In this document: positions 9,909 to 20,016 of the stretch, one piece after another
Layout: every line of letters starts with the position of its first letter
Numbering within the stretch: position 1 is the first letter of the stretch
NCBI GenBank assembly: GCA_024650005.2
Contig: CP122380.1
Location: 96,001-160,000, forward strand
Length of the DNA stretch: 64,000 nucleotides
From: Candidatus Bathyarchaeum tardum
Lineage (GTDB): Archaea; Thermoproteota; Bathyarchaeia; Bathyarchaeales; Bathyarchaeaceae
Direction: 5' to 3'
Notes under the pieces: model-generated
What the model saw: the letters and a program-made list of their open reading frames with translations, nothing else
What the model was told of the DNA's origin: nothing
The model's database searches: none
Position numbers and translations under genes: made by a program

Positions 9909-10868
9909 TTACGATTTATTTTTTGTTACAGACTCCAACGCTGCAGCAACAATTAAAGGAAAAGCGATAGTTGCATCGCAGATAACGGTTACTTCTTTGC
10001 CTTCAGGTTTTACTTTTCCCCAACTGATTGCCTCTTTTAGGGTGGCTCCACTTAGACCCCCAGGTTCAGGGCGATCCATAGTAATCTGAATGGCACGGTC
10101 TACGCCTTCTCGGAAAGTGTTAGCAAACAAAGCATAATGTTTGGGCCAGCCACCGCCGAGGATTATCATTCCTACTTTTTTGGCGTCGTAAACAATGTCA
10201 ACTATTTTGTGAGTGTCACGAAGAGGGTTAAGTCTCAAGGTGTTATCTTGACCATACATCCACAGATGAAAACCAGCAATAGAGTCGACCAATCCAGGAC
10301 TGATAATAGGAACCCCCTTCTTTGCAGCAGTTGCAAGTATCGAGTTTGGGTCAGAAATATTTATTCCAAGTTCATAAAGAAGTTCGTTTGTGGATATATT
10401 TTCTCGAGTTTTCTCAGGAATTTTTGCTAAAATTTTGGTAATCCATTCTTCTAACCCTTTGAAGGCGTCTTGTTCAATATAGATGTCGCCGATTCTGCCG
10501 ATGTCTTGTTCCATTAATTCAGTGTCTTCAGCAAGAAAAGTTCCGATCCAGTGATGGTGCCCAATAGATTCAACCATATCATGTACCATGTTAGCGCCAG
10601 TAGTAACAACGGCGTGAACATAGCCTTGATCTATCAAATCCCTAATTATTTGGCGCATTCCACCCGGAACCAAAGCCCCAGCTAAGGTCAAAAATACAGT
10701 GTAGTCTTTGTCTGCAAACATTTCGGTTACAATTTCTGTTGCTTTACCAATGTTTCCTCCCCCGAGGACTCCGCATTCATTCATTTTGGAAACTAGGCTA
10801 CCAACTGTTTGAGTGTTATCAAGTTGAATGTGTTTTACACGCTTCAAAGTTATCAGCCACAAGTACAA
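9909..10868 (-). CDS. dys: Deoxyhypusine synthase
   Basis: TTGANMVHD, GGGWPKH, GGLSGATLKEAISWGK active-site Lys, DATIAFP; adjacent to eIF5A; true start may be a few codons downstream. Confidence 0.93.
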   Translation of the reverse strand: MYLWLITLKRVKHIQLDNTQTVGSLVSKMNECGVLGGGNIGKATEIVTEMFADKDYTVFLTLAGALVPGGMRQIIRDLIDQGYVHAVVTTGANMVHDMVESIGHHHWIGTFLAEDTELMEQDIGRIGDIYIEQDAFKGLEEWITKILAKIPEKTRENISTNELLYELGINISDPNSILATAAKKGVPIISPGLVDSIAGFHLWMYGQDNTLRLNPLRDTHKIVDIVYDAKKVGMIILGGGWPKHYALFANTFREGVDRAIQITMDRPEPGGLSGATLKEAISWGKVKPEGKEVTVICDATIAFPLIVAAALESVTKNKS

Positions 10869-10937
10869 GTGCTAAAAGTGCAATTAAGAACTAAAAAAGG
10901 TAGTTACATTACACAAAAAAGGATTTAAAAGGATTGT

Positions 10938-11333
10938 TTAGCCTTTTATTCGGGTTATTCTAGTTCGACCTAGAATGTGCCAGTATTCTACTTCAACGCC
11001 AGATTCGAGTTTAGATTTGATTTCTTCCTCTTCGGGGTAGGGTGATTCAGTCATTTCGTAGGATTCCAAGTTCATTAACTGAACAGCAGAAGGCAAAAGA
11101 GCAATAACTTGCCCAGTGCTTTTATCGATAATTGGAACATCAACCTGTGCACTTACAGGTTTTACGATTGTTTTTTTTGCTTCGTTAAATACGCCTATTG
11201 CTACGATTCGAGCCTTTGCAGCCCCATGTTTTCCAGGTTTGGATTTGCTGTAACTCACAATTTTACAGGGTTCATCATCAATGATTATGTAACTACCAAC
11301 TTTTAGTTCGCCAACATCCTTAGGTACGCTCAT
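10938..11333 (-). CDS. eif5a: Translation initiation factor aIF-5A
   Basis: [10 protein letters not shown] hypusine loop. Confidence 0.97.
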   Translation of the reverse strand: MSVPKDVGELKVGSYIIIDDEPCKIVSYSKSKPGKHGAAKARIVAIGVFNEAKKTIVKPVSAQVDVPIIDKSTGQVIALLPSAVQLMNLESYEMTESPYPEEEEIKSKLESGVEVEYWHILGRTRITRIKG

Positions 11334-11501
11334 GGTAATTGTTCTCCTGCTAGAAGAATTTCACGCATTTCTTCGTTAATAATCTATCGCCTCAAAAAAC
11401 AAAAGAAAAACTCCAGTAACGTAAAATAAATCATACAACTCCTTATAATACGGAAAAAAATCCTAAAAAAGAAACAAAACTCCGATTAGAGGCATAAAAT
11501 A

Positions 11502-12059
11502 TTGAAACACAAAACCCTAGTTCTTGACACTTCCGCATTTATCGGTGGATTTGACCCGCTTTCATTTCCAGAAAAACAATACACAGTTGATGAAGTCAAA
11601 AACGAATTGAACCAAGAATCAATGATTTGGGTGCGTTTCCACACAGCAATTGAAAACGGAAAAATCATAATTTTGCAACCCAAAGAAATGTTTTCTCAAG
11701 AAGTTCGAGAAGCCTCCAAAAATTTGGGGGACATGCGTTACCTTTCCAAGGCAGACATGCAGGTTTTGGCATTGGCTTTAGAACTAAAATCTGAAGGGGC
11801 AACACCCTTAGTTATAACAGACGATTACTCAATGCAAAATGTCGCAAACAAAATTGAAGTAGAGTTCACATCATTAATGACCTTTGGAATAAAAAAGAGG
11901 TTCAAATGGATTTTATATTGCCCAGCATGTTACCACAAATATCCGTCTGACTATGAATTTAATTCTTGTGAAGTATGTGGAACTGAACTTAAACGAAAAC
12001 CACAGAAAAAATCACGGTTAAGAAAAACAAAGAAGAATGGCGCCGGGGATGGGATTTGA
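11502..12059 (+). CDS. nob1: Nob1 family PIN/Zn-ribbon rRNA endonuclease
   Basis: VLDTSAFI, LSKADMQVLALA, TDDYSMQNVA, CPAC...CEVCG. Confidence 0.92.
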   Translation: MKHKTLVLDTSAFIGGFDPLSFPEKQYTVDEVKNELNQESMIWVRFHTAIENGKIIILQPKEMFSQEVREASKNLGDMRYLSKADMQVLALALELKSEGATPLVITDDYSMQNVANKIEVEFTSLMTFGIKKRFKWILYCPACYHKYPSDYEFNSCEVCGTELKRKPQKKSRLRKTKKNGAGDGI

Positions 12060-12147
12060 ACCCATGTGGCGCCAAGCACCACCGGTTTTCTTCTGACACA
12101 AAGTGCGTCATTTCGAGACCGGCACATTACCGCTCTGTCACCCCGGC
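12038..12147 (-). tRNA. tRNA-Ser(CGA) with ~24-nt canonical 37/38 intron (approx. 12088-12111), CCA encoded
   Basis: Acceptor stem GCCGGGG/CCCCGGC, anticodon arm CCGGT-CT-CGA-A[intron]A-ACCGG, long variable arm, GGTTCAAATCC T-loop; intron forms a TGACGC/GTGTCA hairpin. Confidence 0.93.
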
Positions 12148-12211
12148 ACAAAAAAGTAGAGCTTTTTACAGATTTAAAGCGCTTTCGCCCAAAGTCTTGC
12201 TAATCAAATAA

Positions 12212-13771
12212 TTACCCAAAAAAGGTTTGTATCTTTGCATTTTGTTTTTGAAGACAAATATGCTTCAACCAATTCTTGTCATCAGTGTTTGGAAAATCTT
12301 CTCGGTAATGGGTTCCACGACTTTCAGTTCGGGCATAAGCAGCAGTTGCAATGAGATTGGCTACAGTTACCATGTTAAGTAACTTAAGAAACCGCGTGTT
12401 TACTCCAACCCCACCAATAGAATTTAATCTTGAACGTAAACGATCCAGTTTTCTAAGCATCAAAATGATATTTTCTTCATTACGAATAATCCCGATGTAA
12501 TCCCACATAGATTTTCGTAAATCAGCTTTGAGGTAAGTTAGTTCTGGAGTGTCGATGTTTGCGAAACTTACAGTGTTCTGAGTTGATGTGTAAATCGAAT
12601 TTTTCAAATAATTTTTGGCTTTTTTTGCCCCCAAAGTAGAAAAAACCACAGACTCTAACAAAGAATTGCTAGCAAGCCTGTTAGCACCGTGAACTCCAGT
12701 GCAGGTGCATTCTCCAAATGTTAAAAGATTACCAACAGAAGTTTCACCATACTCGTTTGTTTTAATTCCTCCACAAAGATAATGAGTGGCAGGAGAAACA
12801 GGAATTAAATCTTTAGTAATGTCAAGATCATACTTCAAGCACTCATTGTAAATCATGGGAAAACGATCTAAAATAAATTCTTCACCTTTGTGACGAAAAT
12901 CCAAATAGACAGGTCCAGTTTTGAGTTCATTAAAAATTGTCCGAGCAATAATATCTCGAGGAGCTAGATCGCCCATGGGGTCATGTTCTAACATGAAACG
13001 TCTACCATCCTGGTTTACTAAAATTGCCCCTTCACCACGAAGAGACTCGGAAATCAAAAAATGAGGGGCGCCAAGCTTGTTTAAAGTCGTTGGATGAAAC
13101 TGCACAAACTCCATATCCTCAACAATAGCTCCAGCTCTGAATGCAATTGCTATGCCGTCTCCAGTTGCAATTTCAGGGTTTGAAGTGTTCAAGTAAAGAT
13201 AACCCACGCCCCCAGTTGCTAATACTGTTACCCGAGCAAAAATATCAAAGATACAACGTTTAGGAATGTCTAGCATTTTTGCTCCGAGGCATTTACCGTC
13301 TTTTATTAGAAGATCAACGGCGTAACAGTTTTCAAAAACTTGAATGTCCTTGTGTTCCCGAACATTTTCCGTCATTTTTTGCTCAATTTCTTTTCCGGTA
13401 GTATCCCCAGAATGAAGAACCCGGGCAATGCTATGACCCCCTTCTGTAGTTGAATGAAGAATATCATCTTCTGTGTCAAAATTTACCCCAAAAGAAAGAA
13501 GGTTTTGTATAGCTTCAGGACCATGTTCAGCAAGGATTTTTACCATTCGTTTGTTTGACAATCCAGAACCAACAGTCAAAGTGTCGTCGATATGAGACTG
13601 AATAGAGTCGTCTTTTCGGGTTACAGCAGCAATTCCACCCTGAGCAAGGTTGGTATTGGATTCCATAATTTCTTTTTTTGTTACAAGGGTTACTTCCCCA
13701 TATTTAGCAACTTTAAGGGCAAAATTTAATCCAGCAATACCGCTGCCGACAACTAAAAAATCAGTTTTCAA
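12212..13771 (-). CDS. nadB: L-aspartate oxidase
   Basis: GSGIAG, AQGGIAA, EGGHS..RVLH, QFHPT, SESLRGEG, GVHGANRLASNSLLE. Confidence 0.95.
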   Translation of the reverse strand: MKTDFLVVGSGIAGLNFALKVAKYGEVTLVTKKEIMESNTNLAQGGIAAVTRKDDSIQSHIDDTLTVGSGLSNKRMVKILAEHGPEAIQNLLSFGVNFDTEDDILHSTTEGGHSIARVLHSGDTTGKEIEQKMTENVREHKDIQVFENCYAVDLLIKDGKCLGAKMLDIPKRCIFDIFARVTVLATGGVGYLYLNTSNPEIATGDGIAIAFRAGAIVEDMEFVQFHPTTLNKLGAPHFLISESLRGEGAILVNQDGRRFMLEHDPMGDLAPRDIIARTIFNELKTGPVYLDFRHKGEEFILDRFPMIYNECLKYDLDITKDLIPVSPATHYLCGGIKTNEYGETSVGNLLTFGECTCTGVHGANRLASNSLLESVVFSTLGAKKAKNYLKNSIYTSTQNTVSFANIDTPELTYLKADLRKSMWDYIGIIRNEENIILMLRKLDRLRSRLNSIGGVGVNTRFLKLLNMVTVANLIATAAYARTESRGTHYREDFPNTDDKNWLKHICLQKQNAKIQTFFG

Positions 13772-14724
13772 AGGGTCATCTCCAAACTCAGGTCTAAGAC
13801 TTTCACGGAATGAGTCAGATACCCCATGGACACTACATCAACCCCAGTTTTAGCGTATTCGTGCACATTTTTAGGAGTTATGTCACCTGAAGCTTCCAAT
13901 AATAGATTGTCGTAAAGGTTGCTTTCACGAAGAGTCTCCATAGTTTCTTGGATTAATGTAGGATTCATGTTGTCAAGCATAATAACACAAGGTTTTTTCA
14001 TTTTTAATACATCAAAAGTTTGAGCGGCAGTTAGAGCCTCTTCGTGAGATGTAACTTCAATTTCAACAAAATCGATATTATCTAAAAATTTTGATGCTCT
14101 AGTTAATGCAGTTTCAATGTAAGCAGTTATTCCTTCGTTTTTCAAGGCCTCCAAATGATTATCCTTGATTAAAATGGCATCCCAAAGACCAAAACGATGA
14201 GTTAAACCGCCACCCAAGAAAACTGCTTTCTTGTCAAGATAACGCAAAAGGGTCTTTCGCGTTGCAGCAATTTTGGTTTGATATTTTTTGAGGGAATCAA
14301 CTAAATGTTTAGTCTCTGTGGCGATTCCGGACATTCTTTGTAAAACGTTCAAACATATTCGTTCGGTTGATAGAATGTCTTTTTTCCCACCTTGAAGAGT
14401 TAAGACCAAATCGCCTTTATTCACTTTTCGTCCATCGTTTACATGAGCTTTAACTTCAAGACCATGTTTTTTTAGAAACCAACATGTTTCTGCAAGACCT
14501 GCAATAACTCCAACTGATTTTGTGTACAAAAAACCAGTCGTCAGTTTATTTTTTGTTAAAATTGCGTTACTAGTAATATCTCCTGTGTACACGTCGTCAT
14601 TGTATTCTCGATTAAAAAAACCGGTTAACCAACTAAGATAGTTCTCGTTGCTTAAGGTTAGTTTATTTCCTTTCTGGTAGGCGAGTTCAACAAGATTTTG
14701 CCTGTCCAAAACATCAAGCCACAT
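13768..14724 (-). CDS. nadC: Quinolinate phosphoribosyltransferase
   Basis: GDITS, ERICLNVLQRMSGIAT, TRKT, HRFGL.D.ILIKDNH, EIEV, IMLDN, EASG. Confidence 0.93.
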   Translation of the reverse strand: MWLDVLDRQNLVELAYQKGNKLTLSNENYLSWLTGFFNREYNDDVYTGDITSNAILTKNKLTTGFLYTKSVGVIAGLAETCWFLKKHGLEVKAHVNDGRKVNKGDLVLTLQGGKKDILSTERICLNVLQRMSGIATETKHLVDSLKKYQTKIAATRKTLLRYLDKKAVFLGGGLTHRFGLWDAILIKDNHLEALKNEGITAYIETALTRASKFLDNIDFVEIEVTSHEEALTAAQTFDVLKMKKPCVIMLDNMNPTLIQETMETLRESNLYDNLLLEASGDITPKNVHEYAKTGVDVVSMGYLTHSVKVLDLSLEMTL

Positions 14725-15664
14725 TCAACATTCTATCCAAAGCCTTCTTGGCCCTGACCCTTATATTTTCTGGAATTACGACTTTAAACTGCTCCTTTTC
14801 GAGGGAAGCTAAAACAAGCTCCAAAGTAGTTTTTTTCATTTGCAAACAAGTTCCCCCAGGAGGAGCTTGATAAAACGTTTTTTCTGGAAACATTTGCCGT
14901 AGCCGTTCAACCACACCAATTTCAGTAGCAATAATGAAAACATTATCTGAACTGCCTTTTACGTAGTTAATCATTCCAGTTGTGCTAAAAACTTCGTCAG
15001 CTAAATTCACAACTTCTGGAACACATTCTGGATGAACCAAAACTTTTGCATCCACATGTTTAACTTTAGCTTGGAAAATTCCCGCGGGGGAGAATTTGTT
15101 ATGAACATAACACCAGCCATTCCAAGGGATAATTTGTTTGTCAGTGTTGCGCATCACATAATTTGCCAAGTTAGAATCGGGAACAAAAATTACTTTTTTT
15201 CCAGCCAAAGAATTAACCACGTTAACGGCGTTTGCGCTGGTGCAGCAAATATCTGATTCTGCTTTAACTTCAGCAGTTGTATTGACATAACTCACAACAG
15301 AAGCATCAGGATGTTTAGCCTTTAATTCCCGTAAACCATCAACGTCAACCATTGCAGCCATTGGACAATTAGCTAGTTTTGTTGGAATTAAAACTATTTT
15401 TGTGGGATTTAAAATGTAAGCAGATTCAGCCATGAAATCAACACCACAGAAAACTATGATTTCTGCGTCAGTTTTTGTTGCTTGTTTGCTTAGTCCGTAA
15501 GAGTCACCAATGAAATCTGCAACTTCGTAAATTTCGGGTCGCTGATAAACGTGAGCTAAAATTACTGCATTTTTCTGTTTTTTTAGCCGGTTTATTTTTT
15601 CAATTAGGTTCTTTTGTTCCATTTGCCACACGCTTACCATAAAAACTAGAAGGCAATCTGACAA
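14714..15664 (-). CDS. nadA: Quinolinate synthase A
   Basis: ILAHVYQ, GDSYGLS, FCGVDFMAE, CPMA, YVNT, CTSAN, HPEC; start probably ~15622-15640. Confidence 0.95.
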   Translation of the reverse strand: MSDCLLVFMVSVWQMEQKNLIEKINRLKKQKNAVILAHVYQRPEIYEVADFIGDSYGLSKQATKTDAEIIVFCGVDFMAESAYILNPTKIVLIPTKLANCPMAAMVDVDGLRELKAKHPDASVVSYVNTTAEVKAESDICCTSANAVNVVNSLAGKKVIFVPDSNLANYVMRNTDKQIIPWNGWCYVHNKFSPAGIFQAKVKHVDAKVLVHPECVPEVVNLADEVFSTTGMINYVKGSSDNVFIIATEIGVVERLRQMFPEKTFYQAPPGGTCLQMKKTTLELVLASLEKEQFKVVIPENIRVRAKKALDRMLNVA

Positions 15665-15908
15665 TTAAATATATCAGGACCGTTTTGGAATTACAAGATC
15701 GCAGAATGTTTAGACCGTTATTGTAAATTTAACGAATCATAGAGGCATTAGAAAGAATATGAATACCTATTTCAGGAGGAGGATCAACAAAAGTTGACTA
15801 AAAAATAGTAATTTCAAAAACGTTTTGTTCAAATTTAAGAACAGAGTTAATAGGATACTTGGTGTATAATACCGTTTCAACAGAGGGATATAAACGACAC
15901 AAGAAATT

Positions 15909-17453
15909 ATGAGTGAATCTAACAAGCTACAGCAAGCTGTTTCGTTCACGATATCTTCAGGATTCCAGTTAGATAAAGAGGCTTTCGAATTCTTAGATAA
16001 TATTGCAAAAACAGAAGATCCCCTTTATCTCATGGAAGAAGTTATCAAAAAAATCAGAAATTCATCACAAAAACCTCTGTTTATCGATCGAAGTTATCTA
16101 GAAGACATTAAATTAGAACCGTGTATTGGAAAAAGGGATTTAGTTGAACCTGATTCAGGTTCAATTAGTATTCAATCAAGAAAAACCGTTAGAGCATACG
16201 CCAAAGATGTGGATGAAGATGTTAAAGTTTTACTGGACCCAACCAAAAGCAGCTGTACCACAGGAACAATCAAAGAATACATGCAATATTTTCAGGACCG
16301 TTTCGAACGGTTAAAAAAAGTTCTGAGAAAAAGAATGGATGTGAAGAATGCTGTTCCTATTTCTGTTGCTTTAAAGGCGCCAATGAAGTCAAAAGTTAAC
16401 ATTATTGGAATGGTTACAGAAAAAATTGAAGTAAAGGATAAGCTCTTCGTGAGAATGGAGGACCTAGAAGCAAATGCCACGGTTCTTGTGTCCCCTAATT
16501 TGGAAAAAGAAATTATTGAAAAAGCAAGATCCCTGATTCTAGATCAAGTAGTTTGTGTAAATGCCGTAAAAGGAAACAATGACTTAATTATTGCCAAAGA
16601 TTTCATTTTGCCAGAAATGCCACAAAAAACTCCTCATAGAGCAGATATTCCAGTTTATGCGGCGTTATTGTCAGATATTCATGTTGGAAGTAACAAGTTT
16701 ATGGAAAAAGAGTTTAATCAATTTTTGCTTTGGTTAAAAGGAGAAAAAGGCAATGATAAACTACGGGAATTTGCAGGTCATATTAAGTATTTGGTTATTG
16801 CAGGAGATATTGTAGATGGAATTGGCATATATCCAGACCAGCTAGACGAGTTAACTATTTCAGATATTTATGAACAATACAGTCATGCAGCCAAACTTTT
16901 GGAGCAGGTTCCTGATTACATAAAAATTTTTGTTATTCCAGGAAACCATGATGCCTCCAGAAAAGCATTACCACAACCTGCGTTACCTAAAGATTACATC
17001 GAACCCCTGCAGGAAGCTCGAGAAATTTATTCCCTTGGGAATCCTTCAACAATAAGCCTTCATGGAGTAGAGGTGCTTGCATTTCACGGAAGAAGTTTAG
17101 ATGATATTGCGGCTTTTGCTCCAAACGTCAGTTTTGACACCCCAGACAAATCAATGAAACTGTTACTTAAAGCTAGACATCTCGCGCCAATTTACGGAGA
17201 AAGAACCCCAATAGCTCCAGAAAAAAGGGATTTCATGGTTATCGAAAGACCCCCAGACATCTTTCATGCTGGACATGTTCACATTCTCAAATGCAATAGA
17301 TATCGAGGAACTTTAATTGTAAACTCAGGTGCATGGCAAGAACAAACAGATTTTCAACAAAAAATGGGGCTTGTTCCAACTCCAGGAATAGTTCCAATAG
17401 TAAACTTGCAAAAATCTACTATTTCAACAATAGATTTTACTGAACCCTGGTAA
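15909..17453 (+). CDS. polB: DNA polymerase D small (exonuclease) subunit DP1
   Basis: YFQDRF, OB fold, SDIHVGS, AGDIVDGIGIYP, PGNHD, HGRS.DD, RHLAP.YG, GHVH. Confidence 0.95.
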   Translation: MSESNKLQQAVSFTISSGFQLDKEAFEFLDNIAKTEDPLYLMEEVIKKIRNSSQKPLFIDRSYLEDIKLEPCIGKRDLVEPDSGSISIQSRKTVRAYAKDVDEDVKVLLDPTKSSCTTGTIKEYMQYFQDRFERLKKVLRKRMDVKNAVPISVALKAPMKSKVNIIGMVTEKIEVKDKLFVRMEDLEANATVLVSPNLEKEIIEKARSLILDQVVCVNAVKGNNDLIIAKDFILPEMPQKTPHRADIPVYAALLSDIHVGSNKFMEKEFNQFLLWLKGEKGNDKLREFAGHIKYLVIAGDIVDGIGIYPDQLDELTISDIYEQYSHAAKLLEQVPDYIKIFVIPGNHDASRKALPQPALPKDYIEPLQEAREIYSLGNPSTISLHGVEVLAFHGRSLDDIAAFAPNVSFDTPDKSMKLLLKARHLAPIYGERTPIAPEKRDFMVIERPPDIFHAGHVHILKCNRYRGTLIVNSGAWQEQTDFQQKMGLVPTPGIVPIVNLQKSTISTIDFTEPW

Positions 17454-17483
17454 GCAAACCATTTGAAAACAAAAATTTTTATT

Positions 17484-18740
17484 TTAGTGGGCTCCGAAAC
17501 AGGTTGGAACATAACTTAACAGATCATGAAATCTGTCATTATTCATGAATACATTTCTTACAAGAGTGCGACCAATCCCCAAACGGATTTTTTTTGTGCG
17601 CCCATGTCGACCCATACTAACGACACGAGCATTTAACAGACCAATCATGTCCAATTCACTGATTAATCCACTTACACGTCTTTGAGTAAGAGGTGAAAGC
17701 CCATATTGGTCACATAGTTCAGAATATATTTCATAAATATCTCCAGTAATTGTGTAACTCATTTTAGTTTTACCCAACAAATATACACTACACAATACTA
17801 ACTTTGAATGCACAGGAAGATTTTCTAAAGCCTCCACGATGCGGTCGTGTTCTACACGTTTTTCTGCTTCTCGGACATGTTTTTCAGTAACTGAATCTGT
17901 GCCTTCTCGTTCTGATAATTCCCCAGCAACCCGCAAAAGATCCAGGGCTCTACGAGCGTCCCCATGTTCTGCTGCAGCTAATGCAGCACACAAGGCCACG
18001 GCACTATCGGTCAGGGCACCATCAGAAAAAGCGATTTTTGCCCGTCTCCATAGAATGTCTTGAAGTTCAGCTGCATCATAAGGTCGGAAAACGATTTCTT
18101 CTTCACTTAATGAGCTTAATACACGGGGATCCAAAAATTCTTTGAAGCGTAAGTCGTTTGAAATTCCAATTATTGATGTTCGACCATGACGAAGAGTCTC
18201 ATTAACACGAGTTAATTCATAAAGAAGGGTATCGCCACGGGTTTTAATCAGGGCGTCAATTTCGTCAAGGACCACAATGAAAATTTTTCGTTGCTTATCG
18301 AGCCCTTTTTTGAAGCGATCAAACACTTCTCCAACAGCAATCCCAGTAAAAGGAACTTTGACATCTAAAGCGTCACAGAGGCTTGAAAGAACTCGATATT
18401 CCGTGCCTGCTAAACGGCAATTAACGTAGCAGACTTCAATAGGTCTTTTTAGTTGTTGTGCTTTAAAAGCGAGTTTATTTAAAACAAATTTTGTTACCGC
18501 TGTTTTTCCTGTTCCAGTTTTTCCATAAATAAACACATTAGAACAGGGAGAACTGCGTAATACAGGGGCTACGATACCACCTAAGCATTGGATTTGTGTA
18601 TCACGATGGGGGAGTTTATCTGGGATATAATCATGACGTAATACTTCTCGGTCGTTAAAAATGTTGGTATTACTCAGAAAACGGTCGAAAACGTCTTCAA
18701 GAGTATCAATTTTAGTCAGTGTTGTAAACTCCTCTAACAA
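17484..18740 (-). CDS. cdc6: Orc1/Cdc6 replication initiator
   Basis: L..DYIPDKLPHR, YGKTGTGKT, VLDEID, LDPRVLSSL, GDARRALDLLR, C-terminal wH GRHGRTK. Confidence 0.97.
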   Translation of the reverse strand: MLEEFTTLTKIDTLEDVFDRFLSNTNIFNDREVLRHDYIPDKLPHRDTQIQCLGGIVAPVLRSSPCSNVFIYGKTGTGKTAVTKFVLNKLAFKAQQLKRPIEVCYVNCRLAGTEYRVLSSLCDALDVKVPFTGIAVGEVFDRFKKGLDKQRKIFIVVLDEIDALIKTRGDTLLYELTRVNETLRHGRTSIIGISNDLRFKEFLDPRVLSSLSEEEIVFRPYDAAELQDILWRRAKIAFSDGALTDSAVALCAALAAAEHGDARRALDLLRVAGELSEREGTDSVTEKHVREAEKRVEHDRIVEALENLPVHSKLVLCSVYLLGKTKMSYTITGDIYEIYSELCDQYGLSPLTQRRVSGLISELDMIGLLNARVVSMGRHGRTKKIRLGIGRTLVRNVFMNNDRFHDLLSYVPTCFGAH

Positions 18741-18897
18741 GTAATAGAATTATTGCCTCGATAGGTTTTCCAGTAGATAAAATGTGTCGTAAAAAAAAGT
18801 AAACAAAAACCACAAAATCCTAAAGGGGGACTAAAGTTTTGGGATAATCCTGATTTTAAGTTAATATTAGATATAAAAAATCTTTTAGTGACACTCG

Positions 18898-18919
18898 GAC
18901 CCCTTAATTTCGGGTGGAA
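18898..18919 (-). promoter_or_regulatory. Origin recognition box ORB1
   Basis: Reverse complement TTCCACCCGAAATTAAGGGGTC. Confidence 0.8.
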
Positions 18920-19108
18920 AAATTAAGGTGAATTCTTGGTGTAAAACTAAAAAGAATCAATAATTACGAAGATAATATTATATTAAAAAAGAATCTCGTT
19001 GGTGCTATACTCAGAATTAATATATAATTTTATTTATAAAAAAAATTAGAGTTAATTCTACATTATTTTATGTTTACAACTTTTTTAAAACGTAGGATTA
19101 TTTTTTTG

Positions 19109-19130
19109 TTACAATGGAAACTAAGGGGTC
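19109..19130 (+). promoter_or_regulatory. Origin recognition box ORB2
   Basis: TTACAATGGAAACTAAGGGGTC. Confidence 0.82.
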
Positions 19131-19317
19131 AGTGTCTTTGTCTAGAATTTTTTGTAACACACAAAATATTATTCCACGAAGAGTCTTACTAGTTAACCTG
19201 TTAACACATGTGTTTACATCAATGTGAAAATTTGTGAATAAAAATCAACTTTAATTCTTTAATAGACTTTCTTTTTGCTAAATAACTTCGATTCAAGCTC
19301 TTTCACAGCAATTAGTC

Positions 19318-19339
19318 AACCCCTTTGTTTCTACTGGAG
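19318..19339 (-). promoter_or_regulatory. Origin recognition box ORB3
   Basis: Reverse complement CTCCAGTAGAAACAAAGGGGTT; inverted relative to ORB2, with G-strings facing inward. Confidence 0.87.
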
Positions 19340-19531
19340 AATTAGAATTGATTAATTCTTTGTTTTATTTTTACGTTTGGAACTCTTTGTGAAGTCTGTG
19401 AAGTAAAATATTTGCAAAAATTCTTTAATTTTCATTTTAAACTAATTTTTGAGCTTTTTTACTAAACACTATATACCGTAATACCTATAACTAGTGAACT
19501 AGTAGTAAGTGAACACTAATTGGTGTAAAAT

Positions 19532-19939
19532 ATGCCAACCAAAAAAATGCGAGTAGAAGTCTTCAATAACGGTGACCGTTATACCGTTACCTTTGAAGGT
19601 CAAATTACTCGGGATAAGGCTCTTCGTGTACTTGATTTGGTTGAGCTATTAGGAGGATCACCAGCAACAAATTCTGAACAAACTCTTGCAGCAACTGAAA
19701 TATCCAAGATAGACAAAGTGCGATTAGTTGCTGAAAAAAACTTTCCTGTAGGATGGTTCTCCTCCAAGGATATGCGTGATGCATTCGAGAAACAGTATAA
19801 CGAACCAATCAGCCTTAGCACTGCTTCAACTTACTTGTCTAGATTAACTGATCGGGGATATTTCCTCAAAAAAGGCTCATCTAATCAAATGCGTTACAGA
19901 ATTATGACTGCACTGTCCACTCAAATTCAAGAAAGATAA
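19532..19939 (+). CDS. Small two-domain protein with C-terminal winged helix-turn-helix
   Basis: ~42-aa N-terminal beta-beta-alpha unit, a linker, then FSSKDMRDAF...ISLSTASTYLSRLTDRGYFLKKG...RYRI wHTH pattern. Confidence 0.75.
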   Translation: MPTKKMRVEVFNNGDRYTVTFEGQITRDKALRVLDLVELLGGSPATNSEQTLAATEISKIDKVRLVAEKNFPVGWFSSKDMRDAFEKQYNEPISLSTASTYLSRLTDRGYFLKKGSSNQMRYRIMTALSTQIQER

Positions 19940-20016
19940 TAAACTTCTTTTCTTAAAGAATAATTGATTTAATAACCTGCCTGTAAAGCTTTCTTGTTTG
20001 AGGAGATCACTCATAT

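Larger units (their letters stand above)
18890..19345. other. Chromosomal replication origin (oriC) with three ORBs and AT-rich unwinding segments
   Basis: Non-coding AT-rich region directly upstream of cdc6 with three matches to the ORB consensus TCCAnnGAAAnnAAGGGGT. Confidence 0.88.
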
